A stretch of 64,000 bases of DNA from the human T2T-CHM13v2.0 reference genome, Homo sapiens, in the NCBI RefSeq assembly GCF_009914755.1, contig NC_060927.1, one strand, 5' to 3'. Below are positions 16,010 to 33,834 of this stretch, one piece after another. The position numbers and the translations under genes were made by a program. The notes under the pieces were generated by a model. The model worked only from the letters and a program-made list of their open reading frames with translations, did not search any database and was not told the origin of the DNA. The first letter of the stretch is position 1. Each line of letters opens with the position of its first letter.

Positions 16010-16600
16010 CTCGCTCTGTTGCCCAGGCTGGAGTGCAGTGGGGCGATCTCAGCTCACTGCAACCTCCACCTCCTGGGTTCAAGCAATTCTCTGCCTCAGC
16101 CTCCCAAGTAGCTGGGATTACAGGTGCCCGCCACCATGACCGTCTAATTTCTGTATTTTTTTTTAGTAGAGACAGGGTTTCACCATTTTGGCCACGGTGG
16201 TCTTGAACTCCTGACTTCTTGATCCACCCGCCTTGGCCTCCCAAAGTGCTGGGATTACAGGCATGAGCCACCGCACCCAGCCTTGTTTTGTTTGTTTGTT
16301 TGTTTTGTTTTGTTTGTTTGTTTTTTGAGATGGAGCCTCGCCCAGGCTGGAGTCCAGTGGCGCAATCTCAGCTTGCTGCAACCTCAGTCTCCTGGTTCAA
16401 GCGATTGTTGTGCCTCAGCCTCCCAAGTAGCTGGGATTACAGTTGCCCACCACCATCCTCAGCTAATTGTTTTGTATTTTTAGTAGAGATGGGGTTTTGC
16501 CATGTTGGCCAGGCTGGTCTCAAACTCCTGGCCTCAAGTGATCTGCCTGCCTTGGCATCCCAAAGTGTGGGGATTACAGGTGTGAGCCACTGCACCTGCC
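16010..16600 (-). mobile_element. Two tandem antisense AluS (16010-16282, tail lost; 16283-16600)
   Basis: Two dimers back to back; flanks cccaaacttttt / ccaaaacttttt. Confidence 0.9.
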
Positions 16601-16926
16601 CCAAAACTTTTTATTATTAAAAAATGTGAATATCTATACATAGAGTAGAGAAAATAGGATATTAGACCTCTTCCCTTCCTTTCATGCCATTGATGTGGTT
16701 GTTAGAGAAACAATTATTTTGGGCGAATTGTCCCTTCTCCTTGATTTAGCTGATTGCTTCCCTATAGTGTTGTTTACTTGTTCTTATATTCCCCATATTT
16801 TCTGCAAACTGGCATTTATTGCTGGAGAACTGATGAGATTCAGAGTCACAGAGATCCTAATTAAAGTAGGGGTTTAAGCCCTGGATCCCCATGGGAAACA
16901 CTTGGGAGCTTTAAAAATTATTGATG

Positions 16927-17216
16927 GGCCAGGCACTGTGGCTCATTCCTATAATCCTGGCCCTTTGGGAGGCCGAGGCAGGAGGATGGCTTAAGGCTAG
17001 GAGTTTGAGAGCAGCCTGGGAAGCATAAGGAGCCCTCCATCTCTACAGATAAATAAAAATAGCCAAGCATGGTGGCACACACCTGAGTCCCAGTTACTCA
17101 GGAGGCTGAGTGGGAGGATTGCTTGACCTGGGAAGCTGAGGCCACGGTTAGCCATGATGGTGCCACTGCACCACAACTTGGGCAAGAGAGCAAGACTTCG
17201 TGTTTTTTTTTTTTTT
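16927..17216 (+). mobile_element. Alu (AluJ-like) inside a MER5A (16870-17350)
   Basis: Dimer; TSD aaatta(tt/cg)gatg; MER5A sequence on both sides. Confidence 0.85.
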
Positions 17217-17619
17217 AAATAAATTACGGATGCCTGGGTTCCTCCCCCAGAGCTTCTGATGTAATTGGTATGGGGTATGTTGTGCACAACAGGATTTTTA
17301 AAAGCTTCTGGGTGGTTCTGGTGTGCAGCAAGGGTGGAGAACCACTGAATTAGACAAACTGTGGCTTGAAACAAGGTACGTTTTCCCTAAAGGCTTCAAA
17401 GTAGGTCTTCTCCACCTTCTTATCACTCTGACTATTCCACCTCCTGTCTTGAAGTTCTCCTCCTCCCCCTTATTCCAACAGGAAGAGAAATCACTGAAAT
17501 GCTCCCAGAGCAAAGCCTAGAACACACTTGCAAGTCTTACTTGTAGAAAAAAAAATTATTTTTCATTTTATAATTAACTTTGCAAAGGAGCCTCAGAGAC
17601 AGTGTCATGCTAAGAATCG

Positions 17620-17910
17620 AGAGTCACCTGGGGAGCTTAAAAAAATACCAACACCCACAGTTTTCCCTAGAGAATCGGATAGAATTGTTCTGGAGTGGGT
17701 CCTGGTTTGTTTGGAAAGGCTCCCTGGTGATTTTAAGGTATGGCAGGGATTGACATCTAGGACAGTACTTCTTGAATTTAAATAAGTCATCTGGGCATCT
17801 TGTTAAAATGCAGATTCAGATTCTGCAGGTCTGGGTTAAGTCCCAGGTTCATCATTTTGATGAACTTCCAGGTAATGCTGGTGTTGCTGGGACAACAATT
17901 TGAGCATCAA
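17620..17910. mobile_element. Two MER5-family fragments
   Basis: gagtcacctggggagcttaaaaaaatacc; ttgttaaaatgcagattcagattctgcaggtctggg. Confidence 0.6.
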
Positions 17911-18072
17911 GGGTGTCGACGGATAATATGCACTACAGCGCTAGAAAGAACTGCCTTTTAATTCTGCATTTGCAATTTACTAGCTTGTATGGCTTTCAGC
18001 AAGTCACTTTACTCCTCTGAGCTTTTTTTCCACCCACAAACTAGTGAAAATAAGAATGCCTACCTTTACCCT

Positions 18073-18880
<808 letters not shown>

Positions 18881-19974
18881 TAAATAAGTATTCTGAGGCC
18901 AGCATCAATACTCCTCTACATGGTGCCAGACTTTTTGGTTGGCAAAGCAGAATTTGAGGTGATTCATGACGTGCTGTCTCCTCACCTCTTGTCCTCATTT
19001 CCTCTGATCCCTTTCCCCCCCACTTTGCTTCTCCTGATGCTCTGGATTAATTGTCTTTATGTCATAAATCACAGCCAGCACCGCGTGTTTCTATGACTAT
19101 GTTGAAATAAAATCCCTCTTTTCTCACCATCTGCCTAGCTTACCCTCATGTCTGAATCTCAGCAGGTTCTTGATGCCCTGACTTTCAGTGCTCAGAACAA
19201 ACGCCAAGAGTTCATCTATTGTGAAGCTGAGAAAAGAAACTCTCCTGTTAACATAACTTATGAACTACAAGTTCAGATCCTCTATTTTTAGCCATATGGA
19301 ATAATTTGGAAGGCTATAAATCACATAACTGTGTAAACCAAACCAAAACTACCTCCTTTTCACATTAAAAAGAATGTTATATTTATTCTGTTTTCTAAAA
19401 TTGACAGACAAAACAGTTTGCTGTGGCTTCTTGACTTCACAGATGTGCCTTCCGGGTGCTTTCAGCATTGGTCTGAGTGTTAACAGTTCACAGTGGAAAC
19501 TGATTAACACCATTAATAGTTTTCCAGTTCAACAGCCCTGTCCTATCTGAATTACTTTTAATATTTGTTTCTTCCATGTGCTCCTCATTCAGGCACCTGA
19601 CTCCCTCTCAATTTCAAGTTCCCATTGTGTCTTTTGAGGGATCAAATAAATTAAAAGACTTTTTATTTGTTTTCCTGTAGAAATGTCTTTATGCTAAGTG
19701 ACTGAAAATGTGTTTTCTATTCAAATTAGGGAAGGAAAAAAGATACAGCCTCTCCATATCAGTATTTTTAAAGTGAGCCATGTATTAACTGATTCAATAA
19801 GCCATTATTGGGTGTTTCGTTTGTTAAAAAAGCCATGCTGAGTGTCAGGGAAGGAACCAACAGAGATGAAAGTAATGAGAATATAAAATCTTTGTCTCTA
19901 AAGACCTGAGAACCTAGAGAGACAAATCTACATATATGAGCACCTATAATGTAAGCACATGTGAAAAATGTCTA

Positions 19975-20281
19975 GCTGGGCACTGTGGCTCATGCCTGTA
20001 ATACCAGCACTTGACAGATCGCTTGAGCCCAGGAGTTTGCAACCACCCCTGGCAACATAGTGAGACCCCATCTCTACAAAATGTACAAAAATTAGCCGGG
20101 TGTGGTGGGATGCACCTGTGGTCCCAGCTACTCGAGAGGCTGAGGTGGGAGGATCGCTTGAGCCTCAGAGGTTAAGACTGCAGTGAGCCATGGTTGCACC
20201 ACTGCACTCCAACCTGGGCAGCAGAGCGAGACCCTGTCTCAAAAAACAAACAAAACAAAACAAAACAATACAAAACAAAAC
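19975..20281 (+). mobile_element. Alu (AluJ-like), (CAAAA)n tail
   Basis: Dimer with a small left-arm deletion. Confidence 0.9.
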
Positions 20282-20557
20282 AGCGATGTTGCTCAAAGCC
20301 TTCCCAGGTCCAATTGTCCTTGTACACTCTGTTCACAATGCAAACACTATCCATTGTGTTATCATTGGTTGCCTACTGTCTGTCTCCTTGGGAGGGCTAT
20401 AAGAACTCTGAGGTCAGAAACCTTTTCTCACATCTCTATGGTCTAAGCAGAGCCTGGTATTTGAAGGTGTTTATGAATAAATGACAGGAAGGGAGGGAGG
20501 AGAAAGAGAGAAAGAGAGGCTAACTTGGGAGTGAGCTGACCTTAGAGCTGCGAAATA

Positions 20558-20706
20558 GGTGGGGCCTGGTGGCTCACACCTGTAATCTCAGCATTTTGGG
20601 AGGCCTAGGCGGGAGGATTGCCTGAGGCCAGGAGCTTGAGACCAGGCTGGGCATAAAGTGAGACCCTTATCTCTACAAAAAAATAAGAAGAAGAAGAAGA
20701 AAAAAA
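20558..20706 (+). mobile_element. Alu left monomer (FLAM_C-like) with (AAG)n tail
   Basis: Single arm followed by A-rich tail. Confidence 0.8.
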
Positions 20707-21253
20707 TGGTGCCTGTGCTCCAGGCATTCAGATCCTGTTGAGGGAGGTGAAATATAAGTCTCCAAACCTGGTAAGACTTCTGTTGAGTAAAAATGAAGTA
20801 GAAGACATTCAGGCTCAAGAGAAGCTACAAGGAGCAGAGTGGAGGCCGGTGTGGCAGGACTAATCTGAGAAGTAATTCGTGTATTTGCAGCTCCTACCAA
20901 GTCCAGGATAGAAACACTAAGAAATTTTGAGAGAGAGTTTAAGAAGCAGAAACACTCTGCAGTAGAAATGCCAGTGACTAAGCTGGTAAAAGTCCTGGTG
21001 GCAAAGCCATCTTCTCTTGTTCACTAACCCAACGTATTTAATTGTATGTACTGAGCCCTAATTCTGTGGAGGCTCTGTTCCAGGTTCTGAGGACCAGAAG
21101 AATGAGGATATATGAACTTCCTGCCTGTATGAGGCGCCTACTCCCATGGGCAAAGGCAATAATTAAGGAAACCAGGAAGATGATCCACACACAGGATGGG
21201 ATAATTGACTGGGAAGCGAAGAACAGGGTGCTGTGATAGAAAGTGACCAGTTG

Positions 21254-22170
<917 letters not shown>

Positions 22171-22294
22171 AATTGATTAATTTTTTTAAAATGACGAGTT
22201 GGATAGAGTGGTCAGGGACAGCCTCTGTGAAGCCGAGCTGAGAAATGAGGAAAATGGCACAGCCAAACATTGAGGAAAATAACTCCAGCTAAAA

Positions 22295-22490
22295 TAGTGG
22301 TCGCAGCTGGGAATTTGGCATGTAGAAGATATTTGGGGTTGTCACATCTTAGGGGAGGGGCTGCTACTGGCATCTAGTGGGTAGAGGCCAGTGATGCTGC
22401 TCAACATATTACAGTGCACAGGCCAGCCCCTCCACAACAAAGAATTATCTGGTCCCAAATGTCAATAGTGCCAAGGGTAAGAAACCCTGA
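22295..22490. mobile_element. MER20 (hAT-Charlie)
   Basis: gctactggcatctagtgggtagaggccag...aaagaattatctggtcccaaatgtcaatagtgccaagg..gaaaccctg. Confidence 0.85.
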
Positions 22491-23469
22491 GCAAGGGAAA
22501 TGGACAACTGCAGAGACCCTGAAATGGGAGTTATGATAGCTGTTAAGTCTGAAAAACTGGAGGCAGGCTGATGTGGAGGGAACATTCTGAGGTCTGGGAG
22601 GAGTAGAAGGTGATGAGGGCGTTAGAGGTGCCGACCGAATCACTTGGGACCATGTTGGCTGTGGCAATGAGCCCACCTAATTGTGTTACTTTAGAGCAAT
22701 TAAACTGGCTCCTATAGCTGCTACAATTTATAATTTTTAGGTGGATAAGGTATTTCCTTTAAAGACTTTAAAATAAACAAATCAGTTTATGGTCGCTATT
22801 CCCAGCTCTCTCTGCAATTCCAGTAGCAGACCAAAAAATGATTTCAGAACAATTTTCTTCTGAGAGCTTGAAGAAAAGAACTTCTAAACAATTGCCCCAT
22901 TCATCCTATGGATCAACAAAAATTCCTGCAGTCAAGAGGGACCCAGGAAATGGAATCTTATTTAACCTTGTTTAATCCAATTCTCCAGCCTTCTGTCATA
23001 CATCTTTATGGCTCTTTCGCCCACCCAAATTGCTAATGTGGAAAGAAAGACACCTTCATTACTAAGAACTCAGACATGATGGATGATGATGTAATGATTG
23101 ATTTGCCATTGTTGGAAAATGGAGCTGTACATGTTAAAACCTCAGTAGAGAGAAGCAAGATTGAATGGAAACGTGGCTATTAATGTGATTGTGGAGAAAT
23201 ATGAAATAATGTAGCTTCAGAGGCTTCTGATGTACATACAAATGTATAGTTTTATAAACATACCAGTAAATATTTAGTTCTCTATCATGCATGGTACTCT
23301 TGTGCATCTACTATGTAGAAGGAAATGTGTATGGTATTGGAAGCTAAAAAGAAAAATAAGGCAGAATCCTCCATTTCAAAGAGTTTGTAGTTTATAGGTA
23401 AGATATCACATAGTCAACACAGTATAATATAATCCAGAATTAAAGAAATACAAAGTGGAAGCCAGAGAC

Positions 23470-23860
23470 ATCTATAGTTTCTGCCTGTCTAGTATGTCTT
23501 CTCTTTCTTGTAGTAGCAGCAACTTGATTTTTTCTTTGGGGAACCACTCTCCTTCATTCTCAGTCCAGGTGGACTGGATCAGTTTGACCCTCACTTATCC
23601 TCATGCCACCAGGACTGGGCACATATCCAGGCCCAGCCAACCAACTTATTCCATTCCTCTGGCCACAGGCTGGTGTATTCCAGGATTCCAGGGACACATG
23701 ACCCATGTTGATCCAACAAGAGTCAGCCCCATCAAAGAGAAAGAAGGCCTATCTGAGAATAAATCTAGCCTAGAGTAAGAGAGACAAGAACTGCAGAGAG
23801 GATAACTCTTGCTGACATTGTTTAAGCTCCTGGATTTAACCATTCCTGAAGGCAGTGTCC
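23470..23860 (+). mobile_element. LTR16-like (ERVL) LTR fragment
   Basis: ctggccacag, gggacacatgaccca, gacattgtttaagctcctggat. Confidence 0.55.
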
Positions 23861-24026
23861 TATTGAAAAAAAATTATTTTTAAGTTTACATACAGTAAAA
23901 CTGACATTTCTTGGTGCACAGTTCCATGAGTTGTAGTACATACATATATTTGATTATAGTGGTGTACCTACCACTATAATTAAAATAAAGAACAACTCTA
24001 TCACCTCAAAAATCTCCCTCCTATCA

Positions 24027-24346
24027 GGGGCAGTTGCTCACTCCTGTAATCCCAGTGCTTTGGGAGGTCTAGATGGGAGGATTGCTTGAGCCCAGGATTT
24101 CGAGACCAGCCTAGGCAACATAGTGAGACTTTTGTCCTCTACACACACACACACACACACACCACATACCACACAGAAGTCAGGCATGGTGTTGCACGCC
24201 TTTAATCCTAGCTACTTGGGAGACTGAGGCAGGATGATTGCTTGAGCCCCCGAACTTGGGGTTGCAGTGAGTTATGATCATGCCACTGCACTCCAGCCTA
24301 GGTGACAGAGCAAGATTCTGTCTCTTAAAAAACAAAAACAAAAAAA
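24027..24346 (+). mobile_element. Alu (AluJ-like) with (CA)n linker
   Basis: Dimer; CA repeat at ~24141-24175. Confidence 0.88.
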
Positions 24347-24582
24347 CGCCCTTCTTCATGATGACTCTTTATGATCAAACCCTTTCTATACCCCTAACCA
24401 CTAGCAACTACTGATCTGTTCTCTATCTCTATAGTTTTATCTTTTCCAGAATGTTACACAAATGGAAGCATATGAATGTAATTTTTTGAGACTGGCTTCT
24501 TTCACTTGGGATAATACCTTTGAAATTCATCCAAGTGTTGCATGTATGAGTCATTTATACCTTTTTTTTTTTTGTACCTTTT

Positions 24583-24902
24583 TACTGAGACAAGGTCTCA
24601 CTCTGTCACCCAGGCTGGAGTGACAGAATGAGACCTCCTGAGCCTGGGAGGTCAAGGCTGCATGGGAGGTCGTGGCTCACTGCAGCCTTGACCTCCCTGG
24701 CTCAGGTGATCTTCCCATGTCAGCCTCCTGAGTAGCTGGGGCTACAGGTGCCCACCACAATGCCTGGATAATTTTTGTATTTTTTGTAGTCAGGGTATCG
24801 CAATGTTGAACATGCTGGTCTTGAACTTCTGGGCTCAAGCAATCCACTCACCTTGGCCTCCCAAAGTGCTAGGATTACAGGCATGAGCCACCGCACCCGT
24901 CC
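24583..24902 (-). mobile_element. Alu (AluJ-like) with internal inverted insertion
   Basis: Antisense dimer, TSD tttgtacctttt/g; rearranged at 24620-24671. Confidence 0.88.
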
Positions 24903-25454
24903 CATTTGTACCTTTGCATTGTTGATTAATAGTCCATTGTTTAAATGTACCACAGTTTATCCATTCTCTCTTTGAAGGGCATTTGGGTTGTTTCCAGTTT
25001 GGGGTGATTACAAAGAGAGCTGCTATAAATATTTGCATAGGGTTTTGTGTGAACATAGATTTTCATTTCTCTTGGGTAAATACCTAAAAACGGGATTGCT
25101 CAGTCATATGGTAAGTATATGTTTGACTTTATAGGAGGCTGCCAAAATGTTTACTAGAATGGCTACACCATATTATATTCCCACCGCAATTAATAAGATT
25201 TCCCTTTGTTGTGCATTCCAGCCAAAACTTGGTATTGCCATTCTTTTCTTAGGTATTGCCATTCTTTTCTTAATCTATTTTAATGGGTGTGTAATGATAT
25301 CGTACTGATTTTAACTTGCATTTCCATAATGGATTATGATATTGAGCAACTTTTTATGTGCATGTTTGTCATCCATATATTTTCTTTGGTAAAGTATCTG
25401 TTCCTATATTTTGCCCATTTTTGCTTGTTTCCTTACTGTGGATTTTTGAGAGTT

Positions 25455-25758
25455 CTTTATTATTATTTTTAGAGATGGGGTCTCACTCTGTCACCCAGGC
25501 TGGAGTGTCGTGAGTGATCACAGCTCACCACATCCTCGAACTACTGAGCTCGAGTGATCCTCTCACCTCTGCCTCCTGAGTAGCTAGGACTATAGCCACA
25601 TGCCACCATGCCTGGCTAACTTTTCTTACTTTTTGTTTTGTAGAGACAAGGTCTTGCTATGTTGACCAGGCTGTTTCTGAACTCCTGGCTTCAAGCAATC
25701 CTCCTGCCTTGGCCTCACAAAATGATACAATTACAAATGTGAGCCACTGTGCATGGCC
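25455..25758 (-). mobile_element. Alu (AluJ-like)
   Basis: Antisense dimer. Confidence 0.88.
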
Positions 25759-25862
25759 AATTTTTTTCTTTTTCCTTTTTTTTTTTTTTTAACCTTCCAG
25801 CCAATTATTTTTTATTCCAACAGTTTTTGAGGTACAGGTGTTTTTTTGTTACAAGGATGAGG

Positions 25863-26162
25863 TTTTTTTTTTTTTTTTTTTGAGACAGAGCCTCATTCTG
25901 TCGCCCAGGCTGGAGTGCAGTGGCACGATCTCAGCTCACTGCAACCTCCGCCTCCCAGGTTCAAGCAATTCTCTGCCTCAGCCTCCTGAGTAGCTGGGAT
26001 TACAGGCGCCGCCACCACGCCCGGCTAATTTTTTTTGTATTTTTAGTAGAGACGGGGTTTCACCATCTTGACCAGGATGGTCTCAAACTCCTGACTTTGT
26101 GATCCACCCACCTCGGCCTCCCGAAGTGCTGGGATTATAGGCGTGAGCCACCGCGCCCGGCC
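25863..26162 (-). mobile_element. Alu (AluS-like) in L1PB
   Basis: Antisense dimer, TSD aggatgag. Confidence 0.9.
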
Positions 26163-26669
26163 TAGGATGAGTTCTTTAATGGTGAATTCTGAGATTTCAG
26201 TGCAGCTATCACCCGAGCAGTGTACACTGCACCCCATATATTTTCTTTTATCCCTCACCTACCTCCTAACCTCCCTCTGAGTCCCCACAGTCCATTATAT
26301 TGCTTTGTATGTTTGTATGTCCTCATAGCTTAGCTCCTACTTATAAGTGAGAACATACGGTATTTGGTTTTCCATTTCTGAGATACTTCACTTGGAATAA
26401 TGGCCTCCAGTTCCATCCAAGTTGCTGCAAAAGACGTTATTTCATTCATTTTTATGGCTGGGTAGTATTCCATGGTGTATATATACCATATGTTCTTTAT
26501 CTACGTCTTGGTCAGTGGGCACTTAGGTTGGCTCCATATCCTTGCAACTGCAAACAAATTGTGCTGCTACAAACATGCGTGTGCATGTGTCTTTTTCATA
26601 TACTGACTTCTCTTCCTTTGGGTAGATACCCAGTAATGGGATTGCTGGATCAAATGATAGATTTACCCT

Positions 26670-26674
26670 TGTTT

Positions 26675-26707
<33 letters not shown>

Positions 26708-26995
26708 TGTTTTTTGAGATGGAGTCTCGCTCTGTTGCCCAGGCTGGAGTGCAGTGGCGCATCTCGGCTCACTGCTAGCTCCACCTCCTGGGTTCATGCC
26801 ATTCTCCTGCCTCAGCCTCTCGAGTAGCTGGGACTACGGGCACCTGCCACCACACCTGGCTAATTTTTTGTATTTTTAGTAGAGATGGGGTTTCACCATG
26901 TTAGCCAGGATGGTCTCGATCTCCTGACTTCGTGATCTGCCCGCCTCGGCCTCCCAAAGTGCTGGGATTACAGGTGTGAGCCACCACGCCCGGCC
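26670..26995 (-). mobile_element. AluY-like in L1PB
   Basis: gccattctcc, gttagccaggatggtctcgatctc. Confidence 0.9.
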
Positions 26996-27011
26996 TACCT
27001 TTAGTTTTTAA

Positions 27012-27454
<443 letters not shown>

Positions 27455-27731
27455 TTAGCAATTATGGCCATTCTTGCAAGAGTAAGGTGGTATCTCATTG
27501 TGGTTTTACCCTGATGATTAGTTAAGCATTTTTTCACATGTTTCTTGGCTGTTTGTATATCTTCTGAGAAATATCTTTTCCTGTCCTTTGCCCACTTTTT
27601 GATGGGATTATTTGTTTTTTTCTTGCTGATTTGTTTAGGTTCCTTGTAGATTCTGGACACTAGTCCTTTGTCAGAAGCATAGTTTGCAAATATTTTCTTC
27701 CACTCTATGGGTTGTCTGTTTACTCTGCTGA

Positions 27732-28115
<384 letters not shown>

Positions 28116-29917
28116 TGTTTTTTGGGTTCTTAGTCATAAAGTCTTTGCCTAAGTCAATGTCCAGAAGAGTTTCTCCAATGTTATATTCTAGAATTTTTAT
28201 GGTTTCAGGTCTTAGATTCAAGTCTTTAATCCATCTTAAGTTGATTTTTGTATAAGGTGAGAGATGGTGATCCAGTTTCATTCTTTTACACGTGGCTTGC
28301 CAGTTTTCATAGTACCATTTATTGAATAGGGTGTCCTTTCACCAATTTATGTTTTTGTATGCTTTGTGGAAGATCAGTTGGCTGTAAGTATTTGGCTTTA
28401 TTTCTGCATTCCCTATTCTGTTCCATTAGTGTAAGTGCCTATTTTTATACCAGTACCATGCTGTTTTGGTAACTATAGCCTTGTAGCATAATTTGAAGTC
28501 CAGTAATGTAATACCTCCAGATTTGTTCTTTTTGCTTAGTATTGCTTTGGCTATGTGGGCTCTTTTTTGATTTCGTATTAATTTTAGGATTTTTTTCTAG
28601 TTCTGTGAAAAATGATGATGGTATTTTGATGGGAATTGCATTGAATCTGTAGACTGCTTTGAGCAGTATGGTCATTTTCACAATATTGATTCTTCCCATC
28701 CATGAGCATGGACTCTATTTCCATTTGTTTGTGTCATCTGTGATTTCTTTCAGCAGTGTTTTGTAGTTTCCCTTGTAGAGAACTTTCACCTCCTTGGTTA
28801 AATATATTCCTAGGTATTTTATTTTTACTTTTTTGCAGCTGTTGTAAAAGGGATTGAGTTCTTAATTTGATTCTCAACTTGGTCATTGTTGGTGTGTAGC
28901 AGTGCTACTGATTTGTGTGCATCGATTTTGTAATCTGAGGCTTGACTTTAGGAACCTTTTGGATGAGTCCTTAGAGTTTTCTACGTATATGATCATATCA
29001 TCAGTGAACAGTGACAGTTTGACTTCCTCTTTTCCAATTTGGATTCCCTTTCTTTCTTTCTTTTGCCTGATTGCTCTGGCTAAGACTTCCAGTACTATGT
29101 TGAATAGAAGTGGTGAAAGTCGACATCCTTGTCTTGTCCCAGTTCTCAGGGGGAATGCTTTCAACTTTTCCCCATTCAGTATGTTGCCTATGGGTTTGTC
29201 AAATATGGCTTTTATTACTTTGAGGTAAGTCCCTTCTATGTCTATTTTGTTGAGGGTTTTTATCATAAAGGGATGCTGGATTTTATCAAATGCTTTTCCT
29301 GTTGTCTATTGAGATGATCATATGGTTTTTGTTTTTAATTCTGTTTATGTGATATATCACATTTGTTGATTTGCGTATATTAAACAACCCCTGCATCTCT
29401 GGGATGAAACCTGCTCAATCATAATGTATTATTTTTCGGATTTGCTGTTGGATTCAGTTAGCTAGAATTTTCTTGAGGATTTTTGCATCTATGTTCATCA
29501 GGGATATGGGTTTTCTTTTCTTTTTTTTTTTTAATGTCCTTTCCTCATCTTGGTATTAGGGTGATGAGTGGCTCCATAGAATGATTTAGGGAGAATTCCC
29601 TCTTTCTCTACCTTTTGAAATAGTTTCAGTATGATTGGCACTAATTCTTCTTTGAATATCTGATGGAATTCAGCTGTGAATCCATCTGTTCTTGGACTTT
29701 TTTTGTTGGCAATTTGTTTATTACCGATTCAATTTCATTGTTTGTTATTGCTCTGCTCAAAATTTCTATTTCTTCCTGATTTAATCTAGGAGGGTTGTAT
29801 GTTACCAGGAATTTATACTTCTTCTCTAGATTTTCTAGTTTGTGCATGTAAAGGTGGACTTAGTAGCCTTGAATGATCTTTTGTATTTCTGTGGTATTGT
29901 TGGCAATATTTCCAGTT

Positions 29918-30217
<300 letters not shown>

Positions 30218-30486
30218 TCCAGTTTCATTCCTAATTGAGCTTGTTTGGATCTTCTCTCTTGTTTTTTAAGTTAATGTTGCTAATGGTCTATCAATTTTGT
30301 TTATCTTTTCAAAGAACCAGCTTTTTGTTTTATTATCTTTTCTGTTTTTGTTTGTTTGTTTCAATTTCATTTAGTTCTGCTCTGATCTTTGTTATTTCTT
30401 TTCTGCTGGCTTTGGGTTTGGTTTGTTCTTTTTTCGTCTAGTTCCTTAAATTGTGACATTTGTTTGTCAATTTGTGCTCTTTCAGA

Positions 30487-30797
30487 GTTTTTTTTTTGTT
30501 TTTTTCTCTCTTTTTGAGACAAAGTCTTAGTCTGTCACCCAGGTGGAGTGCAGTCACACCATCTCAGCTCACTGCAACCTCTGCCTCCCAGGTTCAAGTG
30601 ATTCTTGTGCCTTAACCTCTTGAGTAGCTGAGATTACAAGTGCATGCCACCATGCCCAACTAAATTTTGTATTTTTAGTAGAGATGGCGGGGTTTCACCA
30701 TGTTGGTCAGGCTGGTCTCGAACTTCTGAACTCAAGTGATCCACCTGCTTCTGCCTCCCAAAGTTCTGGGATTACAGGTGTGAGCCCCCATACCCAT
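30487..30797 (-). mobile_element. Alu (AluS-like)
   Basis: Antisense dimer. Confidence 0.88.
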
Positions 30798-30799
30798 CC

Positions 30800-32400
<1,601 letters not shown>

Positions 32401-32406
32401 TAATCC

Positions 32407-32693
<287 letters not shown>

Positions 32694-32733
32694 TAATCCT
32701 ACTTGTTAAATAGTGTATTAAAACACCACTATA

Positions 32734-33056
<323 letters not shown>

Positions 33057-33329
33057 TCAGCCACTGAATATAGGGCTTTTTGTAATGACAAAAGTTATTA
33101 TTAGGGGACTTAAGAGATTTTCTATGGTTATATATATTTTCAGAATAAATAGGCTTTGCTAAGTCTTAAGTTCTTTAAAATAAACATTGCCTCAAAATTT
33201 AAAGTTAGGATGATTACAATGGGTTTTGTTGTTGTTGTACAAACATTCACTTGAGAAGTTGAAAGCCCAGTCACAAATGTGTTTTGTCTATACATGAAAA
33301 CAAACGAAGGGTAAAAGGTAAATGGGCTT

Positions 33330-33797
33330 TGTATTTATTTCCTAGGGCTGATGTAACTAAGTACATCCAACTAAATGGCTTAAAACAACAGGAATTCAAT
33401 GTCTCACAATTCTGGTGGCTAGAAATCTAAAATGAAGGTGTCATCAGGGTTATGCTCCCTCTGAAATCTGTAAGGGAAGTTTTTGCCTCTTCCTAGCTTT
33501 TGGTGTTTGCTGGCAATACTTGGTGTTCCTTGGCTTGTAGATGCATCACTCCAATCACATGGCTGTCTTCTTCCTGTGTCTTCCCCTCATCTTTCCTGTG
33601 TGCTTGTCTGTGTCTGTGCCCAAACTTCCCTTTTCTATGAAGACACCAGTCATATTCGATTAGGACCCACACTAAGGACCTCATTTTAACTACATTACCT
33701 CTGGAATGACCATATGTCCAAATAAGTTCACATCCTGAGCTTCTAAGGGTTAGATACCTTCTTTCAACATTACTTCACAATAATTCAACCCATAACA
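33330..33797 (-). mobile_element. MLT1C-like MaLR solo LTR
   Basis: tgtatttatttcctagggctg...ggcttaaaacaaca...ggtgttccttggcttgtagatgcatcactccaatc...ttcaacccataaca. Confidence 0.8.
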
Positions 33798-33834
33798 GGC
33801 ACTACTCACTTTTAACAGTAGATGAAGTAGATTG

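Larger units (their letters stand above)
23870..25460 (-). mobile_element. Old L1M (L1MB/MC-like) 3' region, interrupted by Alus
   Basis: ctactgatctgttctctatctctatagttttatc, gagactggcttctttcactt, catttgggttgtttccagtttgggg. Confidence 0.75.
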
